A stretch of DNA of 64,000 nt from an uncultured Gammaproteobacteria bacterium (GTDB lineage: Bacteria; Patescibacteriota; Microgenomatia; Levybacterales; UBA12049): contig CAZCYO010000001.1 of assembly GCA_964503265.1 (NCBI GenBank), positions 98,064 through 162,063 of the forward strand. Direction: 5' to 3'. The position numbers and the translations under genes were made by a program. Of this stretch, positions 19,440-28,823 are shown piece by piece; positions within the stretch are counted from its first letter, which is position 1, and each line of letters begins with the position of its first letter. The notes under the pieces are model-generated. The model worked only from the letters and a program-made list of their open reading frames with translations, had not been told where the DNA came from and did no database searches.

Positions 19440-20785
19440 TGAAAGTTGCAATTATCGGTACAGGATATGTAGGACTCGTTACAGGAGCTTCAATGGCTGC
19501 GTTAGGGCATAAAGTTATACTTGTTGGACGAGATAAAAGTAAGGCAGAAAAAATTAATAGCGGAAAGTCTCCGTTTTATGAACCAGGACTAGATGAACTG
19601 CTCATTTCACTTGTAAAGAAAAAGAAATTAATAGCGACTACTGACTTTGCTAACAGTGTTTTAGGCTCACAAGTGGTTATTTTGGCCGTTGGGACACCAA
19701 CAAAAGATAATAAAATTGACCTATCAGCAATCGAGAAGGCAACAGAACAGATAGCAGAAGCTATCAAAGACCAGAAAGACTATAAAGTAATAGCTGTTAA
19801 ATCCACTGTAGTGCCAATGACTACAGAAAAGGTCGTAAAACCAATTCTCGAGAAATTATCAGGGAAAAGTACGGGAGAATTTGGTTTATGTATGATTCCT
19901 GAATTTTTACGTGAAGGACAGGCTGTTGAGGATGCGTTAAAGCCAGATAGAATAGTAATTGGTGCGGTTGATGATAAAAGTGCTAATGTATTTTTAGAAT
20001 TATACAAAAAAGTAAAAGCACCTAAACTTGTAACTAATCTTCGAACTGCAGAAACAATTAAATATGCCTCAAACGCATTATTTGCGACACTTATAAGTTA
20101 TAGTAACGAAGTAGCACGAATTTGTGAAGGAATAGGGGATGTAGACGCTCAGGAGGTCTGGGAAGGGGTACATCTTGATAAAAGACTGAGTCCTTTAGTT
20201 GGCAAGAAACGAATAAAGCCTGGGGTGACAAGTTTTATTTTTTCTGGGTGTGGGTATGGGGGAAGTTGTTTCCCTAAAGATACTAAAGCACTGGCACATT
20301 TTGCTGAAAGTGTAAACGTCGATGCTCAGATTATTAAACAAGTTATTGAAGTCAACCGAACGCAGCCTGTACGAATGATTGATCTTCTTAAAAAAACGGT
20401 TGGTAATCTCAAAAATAAAAAAATTGTAGTTCTTGGATTGTCGTTTAAACCTGACACTGATGATTTGCGTGAGTCTCCTTCGCTTAGTGTTGTAAAGCTA
20501 TTACTTAAAGAACATGCACATGTTGTCGCACATGATCCCACTGTTAAAGAAAAGATAGGCGAACTTTCAGAACTTGATATTGAGATTGCAAAAAAAGTCG
20601 ATGATGCTATAACAGGTGCTCATGCAGTTGTACTCATGACTGCATGGAACGAATATAAAGCACTTAAGCCTTCGACACTTAAGAAAAAAATGATAACACC
20701 CATACTTATTGATGGGAGAAGGATATATGCTAAAAAGGATTTTATCTCTGCGGGTGTTACCTATAAAGGTATAGGACTAAGTTAG
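19436..20785 (+). CDS. ugd: UDP-glucose 6-dehydrogenase
   Basis: MKVAIIGTGYVGLV, a GGSCFPKD active-site cysteine motif, and a C-terminal UDP-binding domain. Confidence 0.8.
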   Translation: MMKVAIIGTGYVGLVTGASMAALGHKVILVGRDKSKAEKINSGKSPFYEPGLDELLISLVKKKKLIATTDFANSVLGSQVVILAVGTPTKDNKIDLSAIEKATEQIAEAIKDQKDYKVIAVKSTVVPMTTEKVVKPILEKLSGKSTGEFGLCMIPEFLREGQAVEDALKPDRIVIGAVDDKSANVFLELYKKVKAPKLVTNLRTAETIKYASNALFATLISYSNEVARICEGIGDVDAQEVWEGVHLDKRLSPLVGKKRIKPGVTSFIFSGCGYGGSCFPKDTKALAHFAESVNVDAQIIKQVIEVNRTQPVRMIDLLKKTVGNLKNKKIVVLGLSFKPDTDDLRESPSLSVVKLLLKEHAHVVAHDPTVKEKIGELSELDIEIAKKVDDAITGAHAVVLMTAWNEYKALKPSTLKKKMITPILIDGRRIYAKKDFISAGVTYKGIGLS

Positions 20786-20853
20786 TAGTTCATTTTCTCC
20801 ATTTTTTCTACGTTAAAATAATAAATAAACAAAGAAAGAATAAGTACTATTAC

Positions 20854-22077
20854 TTATTTTATATATGATTTGAGGAATGAGTCAAAGGTTGTGGTGAGCT
20901 TATCCAAATGTTCTTGTTCCATTCCGTGATGACATCCAACAAGTAATCCTCGCTCCATAATCGCGTCAGTTATTTTATAGCCTTCTTTTTGTGCTTTGTG
21001 TTTAACATTTTTAAATCCTGGTTGTTTAAGAATATTACCTGTAAAGATAGGACGTGTCTGAATATTATTTTCTTCTAAAAATGTAACAAGTGCTAGTCTT
21101 GTAAACGGCGCACCTTCTTTAATAGTGAGTGGGAAGTTCATCCACTGGGTATCTACTTCTTTATCTTGTGTTGGTCGAATAAAGAATTCTTCATATTTAC
21201 CAAAGAATTTATGTAGATATGCAAAGTTCTTTTCTCGTGTTTTCTTAAATGTTGGAAGTCTTTTTAACTGTACATTTCCGAATGCTGCGCACATTTCATT
21301 TGGAAGAAGATTATACCCAACCATATTGAAAATAAATTTTGCATCATATTGGATTCCTTCAATTGTTGCACCAAATCTTTTATCAACACTTTCTGATTCA
21401 CTAAATACAGAAGAGCTTCGACCCCAACCCCGTAGCATTCGTAGTGTATCAAACCATTCTTGTTTATTAACCATGATCATTCCACCATTACCACCTGATG
21501 TAATAATATGTGAACCAAAGAAACTCGTTGTTGTTATATCTGTATACGTACCTGTTGGTTTTCCTTTATATTTTGCACCAAAGGTATCGCATGAGTCTTC
21601 GATGAAGAAAAGTTTATGTTTTTTAGCAATCTTTGCCAGTTTATCCATTTCTGGAACGTTTCCAAAGAGAAGTGGGACCATGAGTGCTTTTGTTTTAGGA
21701 GTAATTAATTTTTCTACCTTATCAGCATCAATAACATATTTTCCCTCTACTACTTCTGCAAATACTGGTACGAGTCCTTTTTGAACCAAAGGAGCAACTG
21801 TAGTTGAAAATGTAAGAATTGGAGTGATGACTTCTGATCCTGCTGGTAGATTAAGTAATTCAAATGCTAATAAATTAGCTGAAGAACCTGAGTTTACCAT
21901 TGCTCCAAATTTCTTACCAAAATGTTCTGGAACTTTTGCTTCAAATTCATGAGTTTCTTTGCCGAGGTTTGTTCTATGTTCTTTTAAAACAGCAAGAACG
22001 CGCTTTTCTTCTTCTTCACCATGCACTGCTTGTGCATAGGAAACTCTAAGACCTTGAGGTGTTTTTGATTTAGCCAT
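20854..22077 (-). CDS. DegT/DnrJ/EryC1-family sugar 3-dehydratase (ColD / E1 RfbH-like). The PLP-binding lysine is replaced by histidine.
   Basis: DegT fold (SGSSANLLA, IEDSCDTFGA). The conserved SFHxxK block reads TSFFGSHIITSGGNGG here, so His sits in the Lys position, as in ColD and E1. The protein has only 3 Cys, which makes an E1-style Fe-S cluster unlikely. I chose the start at MAKSK; the track ORF extends to 22125. Confidence 0.6.
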   Translation of the reverse strand: MAKSKTPQGLRVSYAQAVHGEEEEKRVLAVLKEHRTNLGKETHEFEAKVPEHFGKKFGAMVNSGSSANLLAFELLNLPAGSEVITPILTFSTTVAPLVQKGLVPVFAEVVEGKYVIDADKVEKLITPKTKALMVPLLFGNVPEMDKLAKIAKKHKLFFIEDSCDTFGAKYKGKPTGTYTDITTTSFFGSHIITSGGNGGMIMVNKQEWFDTLRMLRGWGRSSSVFSESESVDKRFGATIEGIQYDAKFIFNMVGYNLLPNEMCAAFGNVQLKRLPTFKKTREKNFAYLHKFFGKYEEFFIRPTQDKEVDTQWMNFPLTIKEGAPFTRLALVTFLEENNIQTRPIFTGNILKQPGFKNVKHKAQKEGYKITDAIMERGLLVGCHHGMEQEHLDKLTTTFDSFLKSYIK

Positions 22078-22294
22078 ATTTATCAGATCTAAAATTATTA
22101 TAGGGACAGGAAATAATCTTTGCAATACCCAATTTAGCTTCTCTTCATAATCTGTTCTGCAAGTTAACGAAATAATAGGATTTTCTTTAAATGCATAGCT
22201 ACCCTTTCCATTTTATATTTTTTTTGCTATGTTCTATTGAAGGATAAGTCATTGTATGAATAATAATTAATTTTACAGCTTACTCTTACTGTAT

Positions 22295-23137
22295 ATGCGT
22301 ATCTTTATAACTGGAGCCAATGGACAATTAGCAAAATCTTTTATTGAACAATCTCATGATATAGAATTTAAACTAGCTTCAAAAGAAAGTTTAGATGTTA
22401 CAAATAAATCTGACGTACTAAAACAAATCTCCTCTTTTAATCCAGATGTTATTTTCCATTTTGCATCAATGACTCGAGGAGATGAATGTGTAAAAAATCC
22501 AGAACTTGCTACACTCATTAATGTGACAGGAACAAAAAATGTTGTTGAAGCAGCACAAAAAATAGGTGCGACGCTTCTTTTTGTAAGTACGAACGAAGTA
22601 TTTGATGGGAAAAAAACTGCTCCATACACAGAAATAGATCCCAAAAATCCTATTACTATAGCCGGACAGACAAAACATGAAGCAGAAGATATTATTATTA
22701 ATACACTGAGAAATTATTATGTAATTAGGACATCGTGGTTATTTAGTAAGTGGAGTTCAAATTTTCTTCATGCAGTTTTAGATAAAGCTAAGAAAACTAA
22801 AAAACTAGAATTAGTTGAAGATGAAATAAGTTCTCCAACATACTCAAAAGATTTAGCCGATGCAATTATTAAACTAATTAAGCAAAAAAAATATGGTGTA
22901 TATCATTTTGTAAATGAAGGAAGTGCGTCACGATTGGAATTTGCTAAAAAAGCATTTGAGATACAAGGAATGAATGGAATAGAAATAACTCCAATAAAAC
23001 TTGAAACATATAATAGGTTATCAAAACCCCCATTATTTTCTGCTTTACAAAATACGAATGGTTCACGGGTGAAAATTTTATTACCAACATGGGAAGACGC
23101 CTTGTATCGATTCCTAACGGAGAATGAAGTAGTATGA
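22295..23137 (+). CDS. dTDP-4-dehydrorhamnose reductase-like (RmlD family)
   Basis: MRIFITGANGQLAKSF N-terminus, 280 aa, and ISSPTYSKDLADAI corresponding to the RmlD ISPTYxxDLA block. Confidence 0.6.
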   Translation: MRIFITGANGQLAKSFIEQSHDIEFKLASKESLDVTNKSDVLKQISSFNPDVIFHFASMTRGDECVKNPELATLINVTGTKNVVEAAQKIGATLLFVSTNEVFDGKKTAPYTEIDPKNPITIAGQTKHEAEDIIINTLRNYYVIRTSWLFSKWSSNFLHAVLDKAKKTKKLELVEDEISSPTYSKDLADAIIKLIKQKKYGVYHFVNEGSASRLEFAKKAFEIQGMNGIEITPIKLETYNRLSKPPLFSALQNTNGSRVKILLPTWEDALYRFLTENEVV

Positions 23138-24168
23138 AAAAAATAAGTCTTTGTATCCCCTCGTATAATCGCCCCGAGACACTGCTTCAGCTTATTCATT
23201 CTTATCAAAAACAAGATTATCCGAATAAAGAACTTATTATCTCCGATGACACGCAAAACGATTCTATCCGTCTGCTAGTACAAAAGATTAATGATAAAAG
23301 TATTAAGTATTTTCATAATGATCCTAATCTCGGTTTTTCTCGAAATCTCTTAAAATCCATGGAGCATGCAACTGGTGATTATTTACTGCTGTTAGGAGAT
23401 GACGATATACTTTTTACTTCAACTGTCCTCTCTGACTATGTAGATGTTTTTACAAAGAATCCAACTGTAGGATTTGTCTACAGTAATCAAATACAGTTCT
23501 CAGATAAATTAGATATCGAATACATTATTACGTTCTTAAAACATAATAAAGTATACAAGAAAGGAAAAGATGCAATGGAACACATGTGGATTCGTTCTAT
23601 ATTTATAGGTGGAATTGGAGTAAGAAATGTCAAGAACCTTTCATCATTGTATCCAAGCAAGAAAATTCTCCATCCTCAAGTTGAATTTATAGGAAATATT
23701 ATTAACGAGTATGATTCATATCTTTTAGCTAATCATCATATAGGGTTTCGCTCACATGATGATCAAATTATTTTTAGAGCATTACGAAATAAAAAGATTA
23801 GACAGGAAGGAAACCATATGACTGTGGAGTTATATGATATTTTTAACTATCTTAATAAAAAATATACATTAGGTATGAACTTTGATTTTGCAGCGAAACA
23901 ACTTATTGGACAACAAGTAATTATGATGTTTAAAGAAAAAAGTAATCTAGGTCTTAAAGAAATGAAAAAGAATTATGATAAATTTTGTGAGCTCTCACAA
24001 GTAGCAAGAGATTCATCAACCTTGAAAGTAGCATATGTTTTATCTTTTTTGCTTCCTGGATTTAGTATCGTAATTATTAGAGGTATTGCAATTAAACTAT
24101 TGTCGTTTCGAAGTAAAGAGCTTTTTAGAGAATATAAGAGACAGTTATTATCAATAATTAGTAACTAA
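23134..24168 (+). CDS. Family 2 glycosyltransferase
   Basis: ISLCIPSYNRPETL...ISDDTQND...LLLGDDD. Confidence 0.7.
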   Translation: MKKISLCIPSYNRPETLLQLIHSYQKQDYPNKELIISDDTQNDSIRLLVQKINDKSIKYFHNDPNLGFSRNLLKSMEHATGDYLLLLGDDDILFTSTVLSDYVDVFTKNPTVGFVYSNQIQFSDKLDIEYIITFLKHNKVYKKGKDAMEHMWIRSIFIGGIGVRNVKNLSSLYPSKKILHPQVEFIGNIINEYDSYLLANHHIGFRSHDDQIIFRALRNKKIRQEGNHMTVELYDIFNYLNKKYTLGMNFDFAAKQLIGQQVIMMFKEKSNLGLKEMKKNYDKFCELSQVARDSSTLKVAYVLSFLLPGFSIVIIRGIAIKLLSFRSKELFREYKRQLLSIISN

Positions 24169-24178
24169 TTCGAATATA

Positions 24179-25315
24179 TTATTTCCCCTCAAACGGTTTA
24201 AGCAAAACATGAATCCTAATAAAATTAAGCATATTAATTAACCACCCGGTCAGTGACAAATAACTTAGGTAAATACATTTATAATAATAATAACGCATAA
24301 AACTAATTTCATTTTTGCTTTTTGAATGTGCTAAGCAATGTAGTGCAAGTGCTTTATCTCTAAACGAGAAACATTCTAAATTAGATAGTGAAAGATAATA
24401 TGGAGCCTTATTATAGTTTTTTATTTTTGTAGTTTTTAAAATTTGAATCATTTTTTTAGTCTGTACTTCCCAAGTGTATTCTTTATTTACAAGTTCATTT
24501 CCCGCTTTCGCTATCTTTTCTCTCTCTTTTGTGTGTGTTAAATAATAATCAATTTTATTTTTCAAATCGGCAAGAGAGTCGTAATATACGAGATGTTTTT
24601 TATCAATAAATATATTTTCAAGTCCATTTTTTGGCCTATCAGTAATCAATAATGATCCTGATGCTAGAGATTCAAATATCCTTAAATTCCACCCACCTAA
24701 TGGACTTCTATTAAGTAGTATTTTAGATTCATTATAAATTTTATTATGTTCAAAGTATGTAGCTTTTGGGTAATAAACTGAAACGCCGTTAAGTTTTAAA
24801 TAGAGTAATAAAAAAAAACGATGGTAATGAATCCATGGAATAATATTTCCATCAAATGTAACTTCATGTTTTTTCAAGCTATCAGATATTTTATAAAATG
24901 CGTTAGTATCAGCACCGTAAGTAAGCCATGAAATATTGGGGTTATAGGCTGATAATTCTTTTACTTGATGTTGATTTACTAAAAGAATATGATCAAAAAG
25001 CGAGAAGTAGGGGAGTCGTCTTTTCTTATTAATATGTGTGTCAATTAGTAACATCACTTTCATTACTTGGAGGGGAAGTTGGTTAAGAAAAAGAGGGATA
25101 TATGAACTATTCTCGCTATAGAAGAAGTGGGTTATTTTATTTTTTTCAATAAATATTTCAAGTTTTTTTACATCTACAGTATCATTTTTGTTGATACTGA
25201 AATCAGCGTTATTTTTAGAAATTGTAAATACACGTGCATGTTTTTTTAAGTTGGTGAAAATAACAGGGTCAAGAGAAGCTTTATGGTTCAAAAACATGAG
25301 AATGTTCATATGCAC
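24179..25315 (-). CDS. CgeB-family (Glyco_trans_1_2 / DUF3880) putative glycosyltransferase
   Basis: RIFESLASGSLLITD...YYDSLADLKNKIDYYLTHTKEREKIAKAG matches the conserved CgeB C-terminal block. Confidence 0.5.
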   Translation of the reverse strand: MHMNILMFLNHKASLDPVIFTNLKKHARVFTISKNNADFSINKNDTVDVKKLEIFIEKNKITHFFYSENSSYIPLFLNQLPLQVMKVMLLIDTHINKKRRLPYFSLFDHILLVNQHQVKELSAYNPNISWLTYGADTNAFYKISDSLKKHEVTFDGNIIPWIHYHRFFLLLYLKLNGVSVYYPKATYFEHNKIYNESKILLNRSPLGGWNLRIFESLASGSLLITDRPKNGLENIFIDKKHLVYYDSLADLKNKIDYYLTHTKEREKIAKAGNELVNKEYTWEVQTKKMIQILKTTKIKNYNKAPYYLSLSNLECFSFRDKALALHCLAHSKSKNEISFMRYYYYKCIYLSYLSLTGWLINMLNFIRIHVLLKPFEGK

Positions 25316-25467
25316 TTATTTAGTGAAGAATACATATCTTCGTTTGTCATTTTATCAGCTTAAAAAAATGATGCATAGTAGGAGAATGCTAGATTTTTTA
25401 ACGTTTTGAAGACTACTATAATAGTGTATACTTTATCAGAAATGTATAGCTTTAAAACATATTTTGT

Positions 25468-27660
25468 ATGCAACGTGTAATTAAGAAGTTTATTAAGTCA
25501 GAATTTGCCGTTTCTTTTTTGCTTATTCTCACATCGATTATCGTTCATTGGCGTTGGGTGAGTAATCTTGCTGTTCTTACCTGGGGTGATTGGACATATC
25601 AAGATCCGCAAACACTGAAAGATTTTTTTTCAATTCCTAGTATCTGGAGTTCTTCAGCTTTGGGTGATATTAATATAGGTATTTCGTTTACTCCATTTCA
25701 ACTAATATATAGTATTCTTGCACATGTTAATTTCAGCTATGGTTTAGCTGAAAGAGTATTATTTTTTTGGCTAATTATTATTGCTATTCCTCTTTGTAGT
25801 TATTTCCTGATAAAACATATAACAAATAACTCATATGCAGCGTTAGTCGGTTCAATTGTTTATTCATATAATACGTATTTTTCTGAGATTAAAACTGGGC
25901 ACCTAACGTTACTTGTTGCGTTTGCTTTTTGTCCATTAGTGATACTTTTCTTTCAAAAAACGATTGAAAAAAAATCTTTTTATTATGCCTTACTAACAGC
26001 AGCAGTTGGATTTATCGTTAGTTTTTATGAATTTCGTGCATTTTATATTTTATGTTTTATTTTATTTTTTTACTTCATTTATTTTCTTATTTTTTTAGGA
26101 GGCATAAGAAGTTGGCGAGATTTATTAAAAATATCATTTTTTGCCGGATTACCAATCATTATTGATTTTTTGCTCAATGTATACTGGCTTATTGCAATAG
26201 GAAAAGCAGGTTCATTAACTTCAAATGTCTTCTTTGATAGAACTTTATTTGGAAATGAATTTTTAAATATTAACTATGCTTTTTCACTTTCCCATCCATT
26301 TTGGAGTGGAGGGCGTACAACAGACTTTATTTCTCAACCAATCCAGTTGATTTTTTGGATTCTGCCATTTTTTGCTTTTTTAGGATTATTTCTTCAACGG
26401 AAGAATAAAAATATACTTTTCTGGGGTATTATTGCTTTACTTGGTATTTTTTTAACAAAACAAGTTGGGCAGCCTTTTTCTGGAGTGTATCCGTGGCTAT
26501 ATGAACACTTCCCAGGATTTAATGCTTTTCGGGAAGCGAGTAAATTCTTTTTTCTCATAGCACTTGGATATAGTGTGCTCATCGCTGCCTTTATTGATTC
26601 TCTATGGAAGGATAATAAACCAGTAAAAATTATTTTATGGTCGAGATATTTGTTTACGATCCTGTTAGGAATGATCACTTTATTATCTGTAAAACCATTA
26701 ATAACCGCTGAACTTGCAACATTATTTATTCCTCGCCAGATGCCTACAGATTATCAGATAATGAATACCTACATAAATAAGGAAACTGATTTCTCAAGAA
26801 CCTTCTGGGTACCTACTTTCTCTCGTTGGAATGTGTATACGAAAACTCACCCAGAGGTGTCAGATGTGAATCAAATTAATGGGGCATGGCTTCCTTTTAT
26901 TGAAAAGGAAAGAAAAATGATGGAGAAAGTGTCGTCATATGAGGTAAATAAATATACTGAAGGTGAGCTTGTAACACTACTGTTACAAAAACCATATGCT
27001 AATACTCTCTTAGATATATCTTCAATAAAATATGTTGTTATTCCGCTTCAAGACTCACTAAATGATGATAATTTCTTTAGATATTATGGAAAAGAGAGAG
27101 CTTTTTATATACAACAACTAAATAAGTTAGATTACTTAAAAAGAATAGATATAGAGACCAAAAGTAGCATTATATATGAAAATGAAGATTTTAGACCACA
27201 TCTATATGTAACAACTGAGGTAGAATCGATTAATAAAGCTGTTCCTTATAGTGGCGTCGAATATAGCTTCATAAATCCTAGTGAATATACAGTTCGCTTA
27301 CACAATGTTAAAAGATTGGAGTACCTCCACTTTTCAGAAAGTTTTCATCCACAATGGCAAATACGCGTTGGAGACTTTAGTTGGATAGATGCTCTTACAA
27401 AAAGTAATTACTTTTTACCATTATCTACTCATAAAGAAAATGATGCTTTTTTAAATTCGTTTGTAATTGATCCAAATAGCATATGTAAAAACTTTTCATG
27501 TAAGAAAAATAATGATGGCAGCTACGATATAACCTTAACGCTTTACTTTTATTCACAATCTTATGTCTATTTAGGCATGTTTATAAGTGGTGGCGTAGTT
27601 ATTGGAATTATCGGATATTTTATAGTTTTTTTCATAAGACAAAAAATAAATGCAAAATAA
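25468..27660 (+). CDS. Large polytopic membrane protein (YfhO-like/GT-C candidate) with a C-terminal TM anchor
   Basis: 730 aa. Roughly 12 N-terminal TM helices, a large extracytoplasmic domain, and a final TM (LGMFISGGVVIGIIGYFIVFFI). Confidence 0.5.
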   Translation: MQRVIKKFIKSEFAVSFLLILTSIIVHWRWVSNLAVLTWGDWTYQDPQTLKDFFSIPSIWSSSALGDINIGISFTPFQLIYSILAHVNFSYGLAERVLFFWLIIIAIPLCSYFLIKHITNNSYAALVGSIVYSYNTYFSEIKTGHLTLLVAFAFCPLVILFFQKTIEKKSFYYALLTAAVGFIVSFYEFRAFYILCFILFFYFIYFLIFLGGIRSWRDLLKISFFAGLPIIIDFLLNVYWLIAIGKAGSLTSNVFFDRTLFGNEFLNINYAFSLSHPFWSGGRTTDFISQPIQLIFWILPFFAFLGLFLQRKNKNILFWGIIALLGIFLTKQVGQPFSGVYPWLYEHFPGFNAFREASKFFFLIALGYSVLIAAFIDSLWKDNKPVKIILWSRYLFTILLGMITLLSVKPLITAELATLFIPRQMPTDYQIMNTYINKETDFSRTFWVPTFSRWNVYTKTHPEVSDVNQINGAWLPFIEKERKMMEKVSSYEVNKYTEGELVTLLLQKPYANTLLDISSIKYVVIPLQDSLNDDNFFRYYGKERAFYIQQLNKLDYLKRIDIETKSSIIYENEDFRPHLYVTTEVESINKAVPYSGVEYSFINPSEYTVRLHNVKRLEYLHFSESFHPQWQIRVGDFSWIDALTKSNYFLPLSTHKENDAFLNSFVIDPNSICKNFSCKKNNDGSYDITLTLYFYSQSYVYLGMFISGGVVIGIIGYFIVFFIRQKINAK

Positions 27661-28741
27661 AATTAAAAACATTACTCACTATAAATGGATGAAGCGTATT
27701 GTTTTCCCAATATTACTCGTTGGACTGTGGTTTCTTCTCACTGCTTGGTATATCACCGTTGCCCAAAGCATTTTAGTGCTTTCTTACCCTCATCCAAAAG
27801 AAAGTTTTACAAATTTTACCTCAGCTAAGTTGCTAAAAGGGGATAGTATAACTGGAGAGTTTATAGCTCAAGAAGAAAATTTAGGGATTGTGGCCATCCG
27901 TTTTCAAAAATTTGAGAGAATCCCTTATACCCACGAAGATATGCTGCTATTTCAATTTAAAGAAAAAGGTCATAAAGATTGGTATTATCAAAATTATTAT
28001 AGAAGCGGTTTTATTTACGATTTACCTTTCTTACCTTTTGGATTTCCTATAATCTCTCACTCTAAAGGTAAAGTATATAATTTTAAATTAACATCGCTTA
28101 AAGGTAATAAAGAAAATGGCGTAGCGTTAAGCCCACGTCAACCAATTCTCGTCAGTGAATATCAGGAAGATAAAAGTATATTACTAAAAGATCCAAAAGA
28201 GTTTTTGGCTTTCGGGGTTAAAAAATTTATTAATGCTTTTCAAACCGTAGATGTTCTTTATTCAGCAATAGTTTTTTCTCTTCCATTTTTTTCTTATCTT
28301 TTTTGGATATCTCCCACTAAAGATTATTTTGTTAATTTCCTCCTCTCATATTTACGAAAACACATTAATAAAGATGATAAAAAAATCTTTGGTGAATATT
28401 ATGTGGCATTACTAACATTCCCTGAAAAAGTGATCGAATATAACCTCATCTTCTTGCTATTGATTATCATCCTTATTGATGTTTCGTTTTTGCAGGTTTT
28501 GAATGATCTACTTTATATTGTTATTATGACGCTTTGGGTGGTTCTTATGCGTGCTTATATGTTAGAAAGTAAATGGTCTTTTCTTTCAGCTCTTTTTCTC
28601 CTAGCATTTTCACCTGTGTTTCTTCAATTAGATATAATCACGATTGCTGAGAAAGCATCTGCATGGGCTTTTATACTGCTTGTCACAGGTATCTTGCAGG
28701 CTTTACTTGAGAGGAATGATACAAGGAAGTCAAATAAGTAA
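27650..28741 (+). CDS. Membrane protein, hypothetical. N-terminal TM, an extracytoplasmic domain, and C-terminal TM helices.
   Basis: 363 aa, translationally overlapping 25468-27660. Confidence 0.5.
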   Translation: MQNKIKNITHYKWMKRIVFPILLVGLWFLLTAWYITVAQSILVLSYPHPKESFTNFTSAKLLKGDSITGEFIAQEENLGIVAIRFQKFERIPYTHEDMLLFQFKEKGHKDWYYQNYYRSGFIYDLPFLPFGFPIISHSKGKVYNFKLTSLKGNKENGVALSPRQPILVSEYQEDKSILLKDPKEFLAFGVKKFINAFQTVDVLYSAIVFSLPFFSYLFWISPTKDYFVNFLLSYLRKHINKDDKKIFGEYYVALLTFPEKVIEYNLIFLLLIIILIDVSFLQVLNDLLYIVIMTLWVVLMRAYMLESKWSFLSALFLLAFSPVFLQLDIITIAEKASAWAFILLVTGILQALLERNDTRKSNK

Positions 28742-28823
28742 TGCAAAATATTCCCTCTGCAGCAATCATTCTTCCTTTTTATTTTTTTGGTTAAATCTTG
28801 TGAAAATGATACAATTAGCAAAT

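Noticed and set aside
20854-22125. I first read this DegT-family gene as ArnB, the UDP-Ara4N aminotransferase that would complete a classical Ara4N pathway with Ugd, ArnA-like, ArnC-like and ArnT-like genes.
   Set aside because: The PLP-binding lysine position is occupied by His (SFFGSHII), which is the diagnostic substitution of ColD/E1 dehydratases rather than aminotransferases.
28644-28823. The 5' extension of the ArnC-like ORF in the track, and similar extensions at 8650 and 31439.
   Set aside because: These extensions overlap the upstream genes and add non-conserved residues. Internal ATGs at 28824, 8719 and 31475 give canonical family N-termini.
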